Part shown: positions 1 to 14,047 of the stretch, in pieces | How positions within the stretch are numbered: the first letter of the stretch is position 1 | How the letters are laid out: every line of letters begins with the position of its first letter | Assembly: GCA_028023455.1 (NCBI GenBank) | Contig: JAQFVV010000010.1 | Span: 9,114,001-9,178,000 of the forward strand | Reading direction: 5' to 3' | Origin: Epiperipatus broadwayi | Taxonomy: Eukaryota; Animalia; Onychophora | Length of the DNA: 64,000 nt | Notes under the pieces: generated by a model | What the model saw: only the letters and a program-made list of their open reading frames with translations | The model's database searches: none | What the model was told of the DNA's origin: nothing | Program-made: the position numbers and the translations under genes

Positions 1-217
1 ATAAATATAAATAAAGTGATTTTACAGAAAGTAGGTTCTTGATTTTTATGCTGTGTTTGAAAAAAGATAAAGGCCATGGAGTTGACAAAGATTATGTAGT
101 GAAAATGGAATGGAGCAGTGTAGAGAATTATGGGAAAAACTTAGGGCAGGGAATGGAAAGGAAAGGTAAAGTGGCTAGCAGGTTTCTCTTGGCATAGTGT
201 CTGAAAGATTCCTGACT
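1..217 (+). mobile_element. 3' end of a non-LTR retrotransposon, same family as the element at 59470-61830
   Basis: Aligns by eye to ~61598-61827 (e.g. aaggccatggagttgacaaagattatg vs aaggccatagagttgacaaagattatg; both end in gattcctgact). Confidence 0.8.
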
Positions 218-3200
218 GAATAAGGAGACTGCATCGCATCACATGTAGGGTGATTTAATATCAGTAATATAAATACAAACTTCATCTGTAAAAATTTACA
301 ATATAAGAAGGGTCACACATCTGCTTACTTGAAATGGTTTTGTTTATTGACAATAGTCCTAAAAATAGAATTCATTTTAATTTAGACAATATTGATTGGC
401 ATGTGCTGGCATTTATTCCAATAAAATTGATTTTTACCCTATTTATTATTTTACATTTACTTGTTTCTGACTTTTCTATATGATCCTAGTTAACCCTAGA
501 ATTTATATTGTATAATGAATTTTTTTGTTCAGTGAAATTTGCATAAAAATGTAATTAAATTGTGTTCTGGATTATTAAATTGTATTACACCATTTTCATT
601 TTTATTGGAAATTTTATTAGCAATAAGTATTTTCAATTTTTGTGTATGTGCTCTTACTATTATAAAATAAATCATATTATTGTTGTTCACTTTTGCAGTT
701 GCGTGAATTATTTTATTATTTCATATAGTTGTAATTAAAAAATTACCAAATGGATTAAATAATAATAAAAGTTATAAAAATATTACTAAAATTTTTTTTC
801 ATAATACATCTTGTGAAAAGAAACAATGAAACTATTTGTTCATTAATAGCCCATCAAACAGATTGTTAAATTATTTGAATCCCACCATTATTAAGATCCA
901 ATCAAATATCTTTATAATGCTAATGCTCCATTAATAACAAGAAAATGTATACATGAATGATATGTGGTTGTTTTATAATAGCATGTTGAAACCATCTGAG
1001 GGCGTGGTTTGTTTGTAAACAAAGATAAATATGATGTAGCTCTAAACATTGAGATACAAGAATAGATTATGTTAATGGAGTATTAAAGATTGATATCACA
1101 ACCTTTTTTAGTCATATAATTGGATTGCATAAAGTCCTTTTAGAAAACTTTATTATGAAAATGTAACAATTTTGTTTCAAAGAAGAATTAGTTAGTACAT
1201 AGGATTCTTTAATTCCACCTGAATCATGTTTTTAAATGAAATTTATGGATCAATGACGGATCTTGCAATATTTTCTAAAATATAAATCATCTTTTAGAGC
1301 TAATGCATAAAATAATATGTTAATTATAAATCTAAACATGAAAATATTTCAGTCAATGTTTTTAGATACAAAATTAGAAAAGTGATTTATTTTTTTTTGA
1401 TTTTAGGATTATGTAATTACAGTTGTATTTTTTTTTATCTTTGAATTTCTGATAATAATAAAAAAATCATGGAGAGTTTAACCCTATTTAAAATGGATGG
1501 AACTTTTTAGATTTTTTTTATATCTTCTCATTCAAGTGTGGCATACGCTTTGTTAATTTTGTATATTTTTTTGTAATGTGATATATAATAAAGTGATTGA
1601 TGAATTAACTTCACTAATACAAGTAATGCATCAAATAGATAAAAATCTTGATTTGATCCAAATGTTGGAACCAATAAAAATTTTTATAATTATTTAATAT
1701 AAAGCTAATTTAAGAATATTTACAAAAACCAAAATAAGAAGCCATTTGCAGACTTCTTGCTACTAACATTTCCAAAGAAATTGAAATTTTATTACCTAAT
1801 AAATATTGGTAAAGAATTTATGGTAGTATTTGGAAAAAATATTCTTTGGTTTTAGGAAGAAATGTTAAACATGAATAAAGTTGATTATCATTACAGTAAA
1901 TAAATGAATTTACAAAGGTGAAATTTTTAACTGGATTTCAAATCAAGAATCCCTTTATTATTAGCTGTTAGTGATATTTAGTCTCAGACCCCCCCCCCCC
2001 CCAATAGATTATTTCATTTTGGATCATCTTAGCAAATCCGTGCTTATTAACACAAAGAAATAATACCTGTGAGAGATCTCAATAACTACCTCAAGAAAGA
2101 TAAAGCGGAAATACTATACAAATGCTATAACATTTACAGTATGCATTTGAAAAATATATTCATGAAAATTTTTGCAAAATATTTATTTGTCCAGATTTGT
2201 TAATTAGATTGCAATTAATTTACTATTCTTTTCTGAAAATAATATAACATGCTATTTTTGAATTACAAAAATAAAAAGAATACTACAAATTGATAAATTT
2301 ACTGATATAATTTCAAATAAAATTGATCTAAAAGGAACATATGATTATGTTGCCAGATAGATAATTGTACTTGAATATATTAAAAACAATCTAGTTAAAC
2401 GTTTACACATTTTTTTAAAAATATCAAACAACTGGCACAAAAAATATTATTGTTTAAGTATTTTTTGCTTTAAATGTAGAATTTTCACTCTCGTTCACTA
2501 ATGTGAGTGAAAAATTGATGATACCTTTATTAACTTTCCATTGGTTAAGATATTCACAAAATTTTTCAATAAGAAAACATTCTTTTGGAATTTTTTTAAA
2601 GACTAAAATTCACAAGTGCATTAGAAATAACTGCCAGTTTAGAAGCTTAGTATAAGAAGATCATGTCCTCTATATTGTATTTTTTGAAAACTTTTTGGTA
2701 ATTCCACTGATTTACTTGATAAAAATAAATATATTGAGTAAAATTATTGATAAGGAAGTATAAAATATAAATCCTCTAAATAGTTGTTAAAAAGTCTGAT
2801 ATTTTATATGGCCATTGATGTCCATTGATTTATATTCCTTATGATTATAAACTAATATTTATGAACTTAGCTCAGCATATTAATATTCTAAATTATAAGA
2901 CATATTGCCTCAAATAAAGAGGCAAATTAAATACTTTTTGGTCCTTGATTGGTATTTGTCATTCAAAAATAAAAAAGTAAAACTGAAAATTGAAAATAAA
3001 TTTTTATTTTGTTTCAATCAGAATGTGTAAACAAAATAAAAAACTAAACTTGTTAAATAGGAGATTAAAATTTAATTTACTTTGGAATTTAATCATTTTA
3101 TTTTAAAATTTTATGCTTAGTTGCTCTACAAAAGCTGTAAAAAAAAATTGTTAGTGATATTCTCTGGTTTTTAAGTTATTAATTTAGGAAGCAGTTCAAA

Positions 3201-5087
3201 ACTAACAACTTACACCTTCTTGTAGAAAAAAGAAAGGTGAAATAGTCAAAGTTATATAAAATACAGACATGTTTCCAAAATTATAAGAGAAAACTTATAT
3301 TTATAAAAAATTATTTTTTCAATAAATTATAATTAAAATTAAATTTGGTAATCAGATATTAATTGAAAAACAGCCAATTAATAGTTATCATAAGTTTAGA
3401 GTAGAACAAGAATATAATAAGAAAGAAAGAAAACAATTAGATAAAAAAAAAAAACTGCTGTTGAGAGTTATGGGGAGATATATTATTATTATGAATGGGT
3501 ATAGCTATATATGTATGCAGGAAGAAGAAAGGAAAAAGGGTGAAAAAGACATTAAACCGAGAGTCAAAGTATACATAAAGTATCATGCTATTAAAAAAAA
3601 AAATACTGTCAGTACATGGAAAGGTTATCAATTACAGCAGTTAATTCTTGTCATAATAATTCAATGACATTTATTTATGTTAAAAAGAATATAGTTGTTA
3701 GGAATAATTTAAAATGTTAAACTAAACGTCAACTGGAGAATGGATACCATTAAAGTCATGTGTTAAAACCACCAGAAGTCCATTCATCATAGCCTTAGCC
3801 ATGTAATGAACCATTGTCTGTTAAAGTCTAGAAGTAATGATGCTTTAAGGTATAGTGTGGCTGTCCATAATGAAACTGTTTTTATATTGCCCACAGTTAT
3901 CAAGCCTACTGATGAATTAGATGTTTATCAACATTAAAATGAAAGTTAACAAATAAGAAGTCAATACTAATCATGTAAATATGTGAATGAGGACCTTCAA
4001 TAATTAAAAATAATTTTAATATGAAAAATATTTCTATTGCTAGTAGTAGTTTAATTATTATGATTTGTATATGTTTTTTTTACCCTAGATTATATACTAA
4101 TATTGTTGTAATAATATACATATTCTATGTTGATTGTTACTAGTATTTTAGTTATTCTTATTTTTTATTATAATAATTAGGAAAATGATATATGTTAGAA
4201 ATTAAGAGCACAGTAATATATTGGAGAAGACAGGAGGTTAATGTCTGTTATAAGTAAACTTTAATTTTCAAAATAATTTGCCACATACTTTTTGTGATAT
4301 GTACTTTCAGAAGATTATAAGAAAAAATGTGCTTGTAAAATTAATATTTATAATGGTAGATACCAATCAAGATCCTTAAAAATATTGTTTTGTTATATAG
4401 TTTATGTTGTTTTTATTTAATTAGCCTCTTTCCAAATGCATGCCTGAAACAGTTCACTTTTAATCCTGAAGAATCATGTTCAAAGTTGGAGAAGTGCTGA
4501 GATGTTATAGAATTATGTGACATTTATGATAAAAATTCTTATGTGTATTGTATAATGTTTATCTGCTACATAATTCTATGACATTGCTGGATGTTTTGTA
4601 TAAAAAAATTTTTTATGTGCTCAATTGTTGAAATATTTAAAATTTAGTTGGCTAAAGAGCTAGGTAGGTAGAATGTGAAAGATAGCTACCACATAGAAAA
4701 AACTACAAATTTACTAAGCCCTCTATATTTATTTTTTTGTGCTGTTTTGCAGCCATTCTTTTCAAATACATCCAACCATTTTTTATATGATGTTTTGTTT
4801 CACTGACAGATCAATCATAGGGTTGGTGATAAGTTCTTTTAGACAGGGCAAACAATTTGCTATACTGCTCCATTTAACATTAAGCATGATTCCTAGGTGA
4901 CTATCTCAAATCTTTATTTGCTTTTATATTTTTGCAGCTTCATATGATGTAGGTAAACAAATGGTCATATTTAATTGCATACTGATAGGTTGCTTCCCTC
5001 TAAGTGGAATAATTTTTGTGTCAAGAAATACATTTACATATATAAATACGAATCATTAAAATCATAGTATCTTTATTTTAATTGAAG

Positions 5088-5243
5088 GTTTCGTGTTGCT
5101 GCTATTGATCATGAATTATTTTCTTTTGTGGATGTTCCTTTAAAACAGTGGCCTATTATTCTTATAACTAATCCTAAACATGCATTGTATGTCATTCCAC
5201 ATCACGAGCCACTCACTCGGATGAAGAATTCTTCACACATAAG
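5088..5243 (+). CDS. TMEM62: Transmembrane protein 62, first coding exon in the window (internal exon; gene starts upstream)
   Basis: AG 5086-87 / GT 5244-45, phase 2-2; encodes (R)FRVAAIDHELFSFVDVPLKQWPIILITNPKHALYVIPHHEPLTRMKNSSHIR, matching the remembered TMEM62 segment YRIFAFDHDLFSF..WPVVLITNPK..HEP..STHIR. Confidence 0.93.
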
Positions 5244-7532
5244 GTATGGTAATATTAACTGTTTTTATTCTTAGTATTACTATACATATAGTTATTAACA
5301 TTATTTTTAATATATTATGTGCTAATTTTTTAATATGTTGGATTTAATTTTTGTAGATCTATATATAAACAATTTTAGGGGAAATTATTCATATATTTTA
5401 CAGATAGAATTCCTATTAAAATTATATTAATATCTAAAAACTGTGAAAATCTTAATTATTATATACACATATATAATATCAAATATAATAAAAGAAAATT
5501 GGAGTTAATCTTAAATCAATTTTCATTATTTCATTATATAAATAAATATTAAGTTATAATCAGCTTATAGCATGTCTACCATTCTCAATAAAATATACAT
5601 TATACATGGTATAGTATAATTTTATATGTTTAACTCCAATTTCATTGTTTATATCTGCATTAAAATGAAAATTTTCATGGGCAATAATTATAAAAAACAC
5701 TTTATCTAGGATCTTGCTATTGCACTGACATTCTGTCTAGATTGCACCTCCCATCATTTGGGTAAGGAAAGTTATTATAAAAATTTTATAGAGGCATTGC
5801 AAGTAACATGTGAAACAAGGTTAAAAATCTGTCCAATAATTTTTGTTAATAAAGAGTGAAATGGGAGGTAACTCATCATATTTGTTAACATACTCTAGCT
5901 TCTTAAATATCTCGTTGATCTTGATTTTTTTTAGGGATTTGTGTTACATCTGATTAGTAGAAAAATCTATATTAGCATTATCCATAGCATGGATTAAATA
6001 TGCAGGTAATGATGTATGTTCCTTTATTGTATTAGCATTATTATCTCTCCTAACACCGATGTGACAATCCCCATAAGAAAACCTCACAAACTTTTTGTGT
6101 TTTCATGAACTCCCTGAGTAAGAGAGGGATCAAGTATTTAAGGTTGCATAAATTATTATATTTTCAAATAGGAGTATATATAGTTTGTATATTACAGCTT
6201 TTCAGAATATGTTCAATACTGTTTATAGTTTCTTGTATGTAAGTAATACAAGTTTTAATGGCTGTTTTGTTGTTATTGTTGTCTGTCTGTTTTATTTTCA
6301 TATTGTGGGCATCAGCTAAGTCTTTATGATTTTTTTATTGTGTTAACTATCAAAATATTGCTTTCCTCCTCTATCCAAGCCTTATTGGCGATGTTAACTT
6401 CTCCAGTAAAGACAATGAATAAAAACATAGTATTTACATCTTTATTTCAATATATTTTTATATACTTAAAAATTTATATCACAGAACAAGTGAAATCTTA
6501 TATTTCCTTTATTTTAAAAAAGACAAATACTAACTGATATTTTCTTAAGTATTACGCTATGTATGTAATTACTGATGTAGCCAATAATAATAATAAAATC
6601 TCTGAACCCTAATTTTACTTTCAGTTAATAAAATACATTTCATTGACTTTGACAACATTAAAATGCCATAAACTGCTTTTAGTAAAATGAAATAATTCTA
6701 AAGGTTCAATATGATCAATTATATAAATTCCTTGTATCAAGACTATTTAAAATGAGAAATCAAATTTATATGATCAACTTTAATTCATATCTTTTATTGT
6801 TTTTTTTTTACTAAAAGTATAATGGCTACAACACTCTTTTTGTTAGATTTACTAAATACTTTCTGAACATTAAAGCAGAATCAAATGCATAATGTAACAT
6901 CATTTCCCTATATTCATCAATCCACATGCAATCTACAGATCATTGTCTCTTTTCTACGGGGTCTTTGTTGGTGTAACAGATGATCTGAACTTTCCATGCT
7001 TGAATGATATAAAATATATCCACTTTATGCACATTATTTTTATATTCTTTCATTTTTATGTAGAAATTAAACTAAAAGTGAATAAGTTGTTAAGCCCTAT
7101 TTTCAATACAGAATCAAACTGATGTAGATTAGTCTTTATACAAAGATAAAATTTTAATTCTCACTTAACTCTCTATATAGAAAAATTGCTAGGGTTTTGC
7201 ATTTTAAGACAACTAATCCTCGGAAAATACATGCAGACATCATCATTGACTATGTTATAAAATGGAATTTATATTTATTTCCCTAATAATTTATGTATAA
7301 ATCTTGAGGGGAAATTAATACTGATAATATTGTAATTATCATCAGATATTTATTTCGATGAGTTTTACACCCAAAATAGCCATTTTGTTAATTTATGATC
7401 TGCTAAATTTAGTAAAGGGATTTAAAAATAAATCAACAATTCCTTTGATCCTATTTTTTAAATTAAAAAAAATGTTTTATTTGATTATCTCATAATAGAA
7501 AAATTTATGTGGAACTTATTAATTTATGATAT

Positions 7533-8145
7533 ATATATTCCAAACAACGGTAAACAATTTATAATATAATATAAATAAAAACTCATAAAGAAATATTTTC
7601 GATTATATTCATAATCATTATCAACTCAACTTTCAAAATGGAGAAAAGAATTAAAGAGCATAAATTGTTGTATAAAAGAGTTTTGAAAAATGTAGATATG
7701 TAGTGATAGTAATAATGAAGTGAAGTTATATACTGAATCTGTTTTTTATGATCATGATAGGAATTGTAATTTTAAATTTGATTTTGATATAAACAAAATA
7801 AAAATTTTAGGCCAAGAGAGAGATAATGAAAAAAGAAAAATTAAAGTGGCAGTTTTTATTAGTAGGTATAAAAATACGATAATAAACAGACAGTCAGCAA
7901 ATATTAGGATTAATGAATTGTGGGATATTTAAATTGACATATGTTTCCGGTTGGTAATAGATGATTCCATTTTGAAAGTTGAGTTGATAATGATTATGAA
8001 TATAACTGAAAATATTTCTTTATGAGTTTTTATTTATATTATATTATAAATTGTTTACCGTTGTTTGGAATATATTTGTTTCGTTATTGTATTATTAATA
8101 TTAGCGGACATTTTATTTTGTTTTATATATATATTGTAACAATAG
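7533..8145 (+). mobile_element. 5'-truncated Penelope-like element: GIY-YIG tail plus pLTR, with an inverted pLTR copy at its 5' end
   Basis: MEKRIKEHK..FKFDFDINKIKILGQERDNEKRKIKVAVFISRYKNTIINRQ (PLE endonuclease C-terminus); 7533-7641 is the reverse complement of 7966-8075; decayed hammerhead motif at 7588-7627 (-) and 7981-8020 (+). Confidence 0.85.
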
Positions 8146-8149
8146 AGAA

Positions 8150-10400
8150 AATAGTGGGTCAAAAAAGGAGAATCTGAGATTACAGGGCCCACAATTGGGT
8201 AGCCCATTATAACAATATACCACATTAGGGCTGAATTATGAGGAGATGGGAAACCATCATCATCCCTAAATAAAATATAAAACGAAATATAAAAGAAACG
8301 AGCATGAGAGATCAGCACAGAATTAATTATAAGTTCACCAGCATTACATTAAAGTAATAAGCATTCATCATTATGAATGATCAACAATAAAAATAAATCA
8401 ACAGTCAATCTTGTTACTGGATTTGAAAGTGGTCCACCATAGACCAGGCTAATTATTTAGCCACTGCCAAACCCAGGGCAGGAATACAAACAATAATTAT
8501 TTGAATGCACATACTGAGATGCTACTTCATCAAAATACAACAATATGTCAAATAATGCTGAGATACTAAAAACATCCTGACCATCATCAATGCTCTGGTC
8601 AATTGGTACCATTAATGTACTGGCCAACTATAAACTAAATTTCTAAAGAAATAAAATGAAATGTAGTGCATGGATTTTAAAGGATATTGCTTTATGCCAC
8701 CAGGATTATCTGGATGTCCATAACACTAAACATGAACCCTCAATTCATATAACTAACTGTTATACACAAATCTAGGTCAGGAAGCAAGAACTCTAAACTA
8801 TTACTGTAAACATGAGATAAATAAATAAATAAATAAAGCTTATTATAAATCACTTTAAATCATTCCTAGGTTTACCCTACTATAAGTAAATACTTTTATT
8901 GGGATCATTTTAAAAAAATCCTAGAACACTAAGCTATCATGAAATAGTCACACACAGTGCCATTTCATGTAATGGGTATTGGAAAGAATAAAGACTAAAA
9001 AATATTTTAAAACAATTATTTAACAACTAATTGATTAACAATAAGTAAAAGAAATTGACATGATAGTATGAAATTCTAAACATTCTTTTCATCAAAAAAT
9101 TAGGTTTGTAAAAATTATATTAACCAGTTGATTTCTATTCATTAAATTAACCTTTAATATGTTATTTCTTTAAAATAACTTAGAAAAAGAATATTTTCAA
9201 AAAAAATCAAAGATAACAATCTTTGACTTAGCTTAATTAATCTTTTGTTAAGTTTTAGGAAGGAAAAATAATGTTTCACAAAAAAAAAAAAAAAATTAAC
9301 TTTAAAAAAAATTTTCTAAAAAAAATTCTTTCATAATTTTTAAGAGAAAATGAAATGGATTAAAAAAAAATATGTTTCACAATTTGAAAACATTAACTTA
9401 ATGAAAATATTTAAAATTATCAATTCTTACAAAGAAAAAAATATTTTATACATAAAAAAAGTGTTTTTTTAACTATTAATAAAAATAGTATGTATACAAA
9501 AAATAGTTTTATCCACGGCTTGATTCTTCTGTGGAATCCTTTCCAATAATAATTTCCAGTTGAATTTTCTTCTTGAATGCTTCTTACACATGAGCATGAT
9601 TAATTTGTCCTTTTCCTGGTGTGCTGTATTTCTAGGTTAAAAAACAGCAAGTTGTATCCATTTTTTTCTGCTAAAATTTTTAGGTGACTAAATACATACA
9701 GAGAATCATGCTTTTGGTTGAAGACAAGATTGTAGATTACTTTAGGGGGCAAATTTTCTATATTTTATTCCAATGAAAGCAGATTACATGGAGAATGTTT
9801 AGCTTATAACTAACTTAGAACATGATTTTCATTGTAGAAGTCATTTTATAATTAAAGTCATAGTATGCTAAAAGTTTGGTTTAAACTTCTGCTGTTTTAT
9901 GCAATAACTTAAGTAAGACTTCTGCTTCTTTCTTCATTAGCAGCTGAGATTAAGACTTGATTGTTCTCTTCTGACTGATTCACTTCTATTTTTTTTTTTA
10001 GAACAACTCTGCTCAAACCAATTATTATGGCACAATTAGTAATAATCAATTAGGTCAAATTTTATAAATATAATTGTTTAGATATTTCCTTTCTTAAACT
10101 TTGCTATTGAAAGACAAGTCAAGAACTTAAATTACATGATAAAATTTTTGACATTCGTTTTTAATAAAAAAAATTATTGAAACAGAAAAACAAGATAATC
10201 AGTTAATCGCATTGATTTGATTTTGTATTGAAGTGAGATAAAAAAGGAACAACAACTCTGATTCATTAAAAAATAAATTTTACCAAAAATATTACAATCT
10301 TATTTTTTTTTTAATCATAAAACTTTATCTCTCTTAAAAGGCCGAAATTAAATATCATTAAAGAATTTATGAAAAGGAAAAAAATATTTTCTTTTAGAAC
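8150..10400. repeat. Unclassified ~2.3-kb dispersed repeat, copy A
   Basis: Colinear similarity over ~2 kb to ~29890-32050 (e.g. gggaaaccatcatc, atgagagatcagca, ctggatgtcca, gacaagattg.agatta). Confidence 0.75.
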
Positions 10401-11288
10401 ATTTTTAAAAAAAAAAACTGGTAATATGACACATGTAGATTTTCTTTTATAATCCTGATGGTTTTTGCTCAATTATAGACAAAGTGCATTGTGATCAATT
10501 TGTAACTAAGTTTACAAAACTACACTAGTTCTTTTGTCTTCGTTTACATTTTCTCTCTTCATTCCCAATTTCACATAAGCATTGAGAGGTTTGTCAATGC
10601 CTTAAATGTTTAACAACTGCTTTTCTGGTGAAGTGATCTTCATTCAAAAGGAAAGAAATGACAGACTATAACTTGATTTATTCGAAGTATTTTTATTTTA
10701 TTATTTCTATCCAAACTAAATATCCTGTCATTTAGAATCTTTTTATTCCTTAGGACAGTGTACAAATAAAGCAAGTTGCTAATGTTAATTTGTTTTTAGC
10801 AATTTTAATCATGAATTCATATTTATTTGTATAGGCTATGTCTATATATACATAAGCACATATATTAAGTCGTAAGTGCTGATAGCTAAATAATTTCATA
10901 AGTAAATCACAACAGCCAAAATTCAATTAAACCAATAACAAATCAGTAGTCTGTTGTCCAGGTGACCAATAAATAACGAGGCTGCTTTGATAACACATTG
11001 CTGATTTTCTATAGGTGAATTAAAGTTTTGGATGCCGTGATATATTTTATATTTACATATATGTAACTATATTAAATAAATTCTACAAAAGAATTTTTTA
11101 TTAAATGAAAGAAGACCTCTTTGAGACCTTAAAAGAACTGAGCAGAGCAAATTCCTAATATCTACTCCATATGTACTTGTCATTACAATTGTTATTACTA
11201 TATGGTTATACATATGGTAGACAAATATGGATAGGTTTATCATCAATATGCCTCAGCCAATGTGATGATTTTATTGACTTTTTACCCT

Positions 11289-14040
11289 CTGAGTTTAAGA
11301 TCAAGAAATATTATGGTCTTTCTTTTTAATTGTCTTGATAGTTTTTAACTGTAATATTAATAGTTTTAATTTTATAAGTAAAACTCAACTGTTAAACAAA
11401 TTAAATATATCCTATTTCCAAGAGTTTATGAAGTCATCATGTAAGGCTGCTGTTGAGAGCCAAAGGCAGAAGGTGCTAAAAAATCTTGATGACAACCTTT
11501 TATTTAGGTATCTATAATTGCAAATTACTTTTATATGAAGAAAGATTGCATGAATTGAAATGAAGCATCTATTATTAAATGGGTCATTGTTGGCCTTTGT
11601 GAAGTTAGAAGAAAAGGTGTAAAACAATTAATTTAAAAAATGGATTTGTATTGTACTACAAAAGCATAAATATTGGAAGCTCCAGTTGAGTGAGCTCTAT
11701 TATAAATAAAAATGGAAGATTAGCATTGTGTAGATTGATGATATATCAGACAGTAGCAAAATTATTATTCAAATTTATGGTGAAGACATCAAAAAGATAA
11801 TTTAGGCGTATGTCCCAACAAGTTCTTATTGTGATAAAGAAGTAGATGATTTTTATATGGATATAATTTTAGTTAGATCAAACAACATTTTAAAATTGTC
11901 ATGAGAGACTTTAACTATAATTAGTAAATAATCCAAAGATGAAAGTGTTGTAAATAAATTTGATTGTAGTGGTAGAAACGACAGAGGACACAAACATTTG
12001 GAGTTTGCGGGGTGGGGTGTATATTATGAATTCTTTCTTTAAGAAAAATATTAAATGGAAGCAAACAAATTAAAGTGTAACAGAATTAGATTATATTTTA
12101 ATTAATAAAAAAGGTGTATTTGAAGATTGTAATGTTGTTTATAGATTCAACATAGAAACTGTTCATCAATTAGTAAGATTTTATGATACATGTTAATGCA
12201 AAACTACAGAAATCAAAACTATTAAGGAAAATAATATTAGCAGTTGGTATCCGTAATTTTCAGAAACACTCCAATGAATTTAAATTAGAATTTTCAATCC
12301 TTTTAAAAAGTTTGAAGATGATTCAGATTTGATTGAAATCAATATGATAATGAACTGATATTCTATGAAAAATTGCTTAGCCTATTCAAAAAAGCAGTAA
12401 TTTATTGTTATTGAGATGACAATGTATGAAGAAAAGAAGAAATATGAAAAAATTTAATCTATTAAGAAGAATTGAATATCTAGAGTTTTGCAAAGTGATA
12501 AGAAAAGGAGTTAATAAATGATAAGGAAAGAAGAGAATAAAAGTTTTTAATGTGTAAACCATCATCTTGGTATTGGAAGAAAAATGATATCTGTAAAAGA
12601 AGAAATGATAGAACTATTATTAAAAAGAGAGATAACATCATGAAGTGTGTGGAAGAGTTCTATAAAGAATTGTATAATAATGAAGAATAAGAAAACAAAG
12701 TATCCACTACAGTTGCTACATCTAAGTTTCCAAATATTTTAAATGAAGGGAGGAAATATTCAATAAAATCTATGAAGACAGTAGAAGTTCCAGGAAAGGA
12801 TTGAATTATTAGTAATATCTTAAAAAAAGCAGATGAAGAAATAGGACATTTGTTGTCACAGCTATATATAAAATATATGAATGATAAAGATGAACCAGTT
12901 GTTTGGAAGAATATAGTAGTAATATTCACATTTAAGAAAGATGATAAAGAAGATATTAGAAATTATAGACCTAATCAGTCTTTTATTAGATCAACACAAA
13001 AACCTTTAACAAAATAATTATAACTCACTTCAAAATTTGAATTTTAACCAGATAAAAGAAAATGCTGAATTTAAAAGTAATTTTATCACAGAGGATCACA
13101 TTCTAATTACTGAGAGAAATTATAGAAAAGACCAATGAATATAAGTTGCCATTATGTTTTAGATTTGTAGATTTCAAAAAGGCATTTGATTTTATAAGTA
13201 TTTCTATATGGATTAAAGATTTAGATTATCAAGATATAGATTCAGATTATTGTCATATTCTGAAGATTTATCAAAATGGAACAGCAGTAATTAGATTATA
13301 TGGTGATACTAGGATTAACATTGGGAAGAGTATGACAGAATGCTTCCATATTTCCAAAATTTTTACAAGTTTTACATTAAATATTTTATGGATTAAAATG
13401 GAAAGCTAAGGAAGTGAAAGTAAATGGAAATTATTTAAATCATCTAGATTTTGCAAATGATAATTATTTTTGCAAATAATGCTTCAGAATTTCAGGAAAA
13501 TGTTGCAGAAGTTATGAGATGAAAGTAAAGATCAATAATTATGAATTAGAAAAAGTTAACAAGTACAAATAACTTGGTTAGATTTCTCCAAGCATAACGA
13601 ATGAGATTGCTTATAAAATTAAACTTTGTTGGGGTTCTTATTGGTAAAAATACTTTAATATTAATAAGAAATATTTGAAAAGAAAGGTTCTTAATATAAA
13701 TGTTTTACCAATTCTTACCTATGGATCTGAATCTTGGATACAGTGCAATACAAAGACTTCAGATTAGTCAATGGAGTATGGACAGATCTATATTGGGAGC
13801 AATAAGAAGAGATTGAAAGTGAAATATATGGGTGAGAAAAATAACAGAGTTAACCAATATTATTGAAAGAATTAGTAAACTGAAATGGAACTGTGTTGGA
13901 TATATTGCTAGAAAAGATACTAATAGGTAGACAGTTGAAGTTTTAAATTGAATCCCAAGAAATTATAAAAGGTCTAGAAGAAGATAACTGATGTGATGTA
14001 AAGAAGAGAGGCTATGGATCAGAGAAACTGAATGTAGACT
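11289..14040 (+). mobile_element. Decayed, near full-length RTE-type LINE (APE + RT), many stops and frameshifts
   Basis: Remnants: APE-like YVPTSSYCDKEVDDFY (11808-11855), NYRP, FVDFKKAFD (ORF 13146-13409), LNHLDFAND, C-terminal W.PRNYKRSR; 5' region homologous to 62246 onward. Confidence 0.85.
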
Positions 14041-14047
14041 GATAATA

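Noticed and set aside
1989-2002. C14 run (and G12 at 52574-52585) as G-quadruplex or regulatory elements
   Set aside because: Isolated homopolymers with no supporting context.
218-5087. Search for the preceding TMEM62 exon (expected ..LE.GDWK.NR)
   Set aside because: Not found by eye; it probably lies upstream of the window.
3437-6537. Short ORF-track entries here and most other 60-110 aa ORFs
   Set aside because: Low-complexity I/F/K/N-rich translations of AT-rich DNA with no motifs; many start at non-ATG codons.
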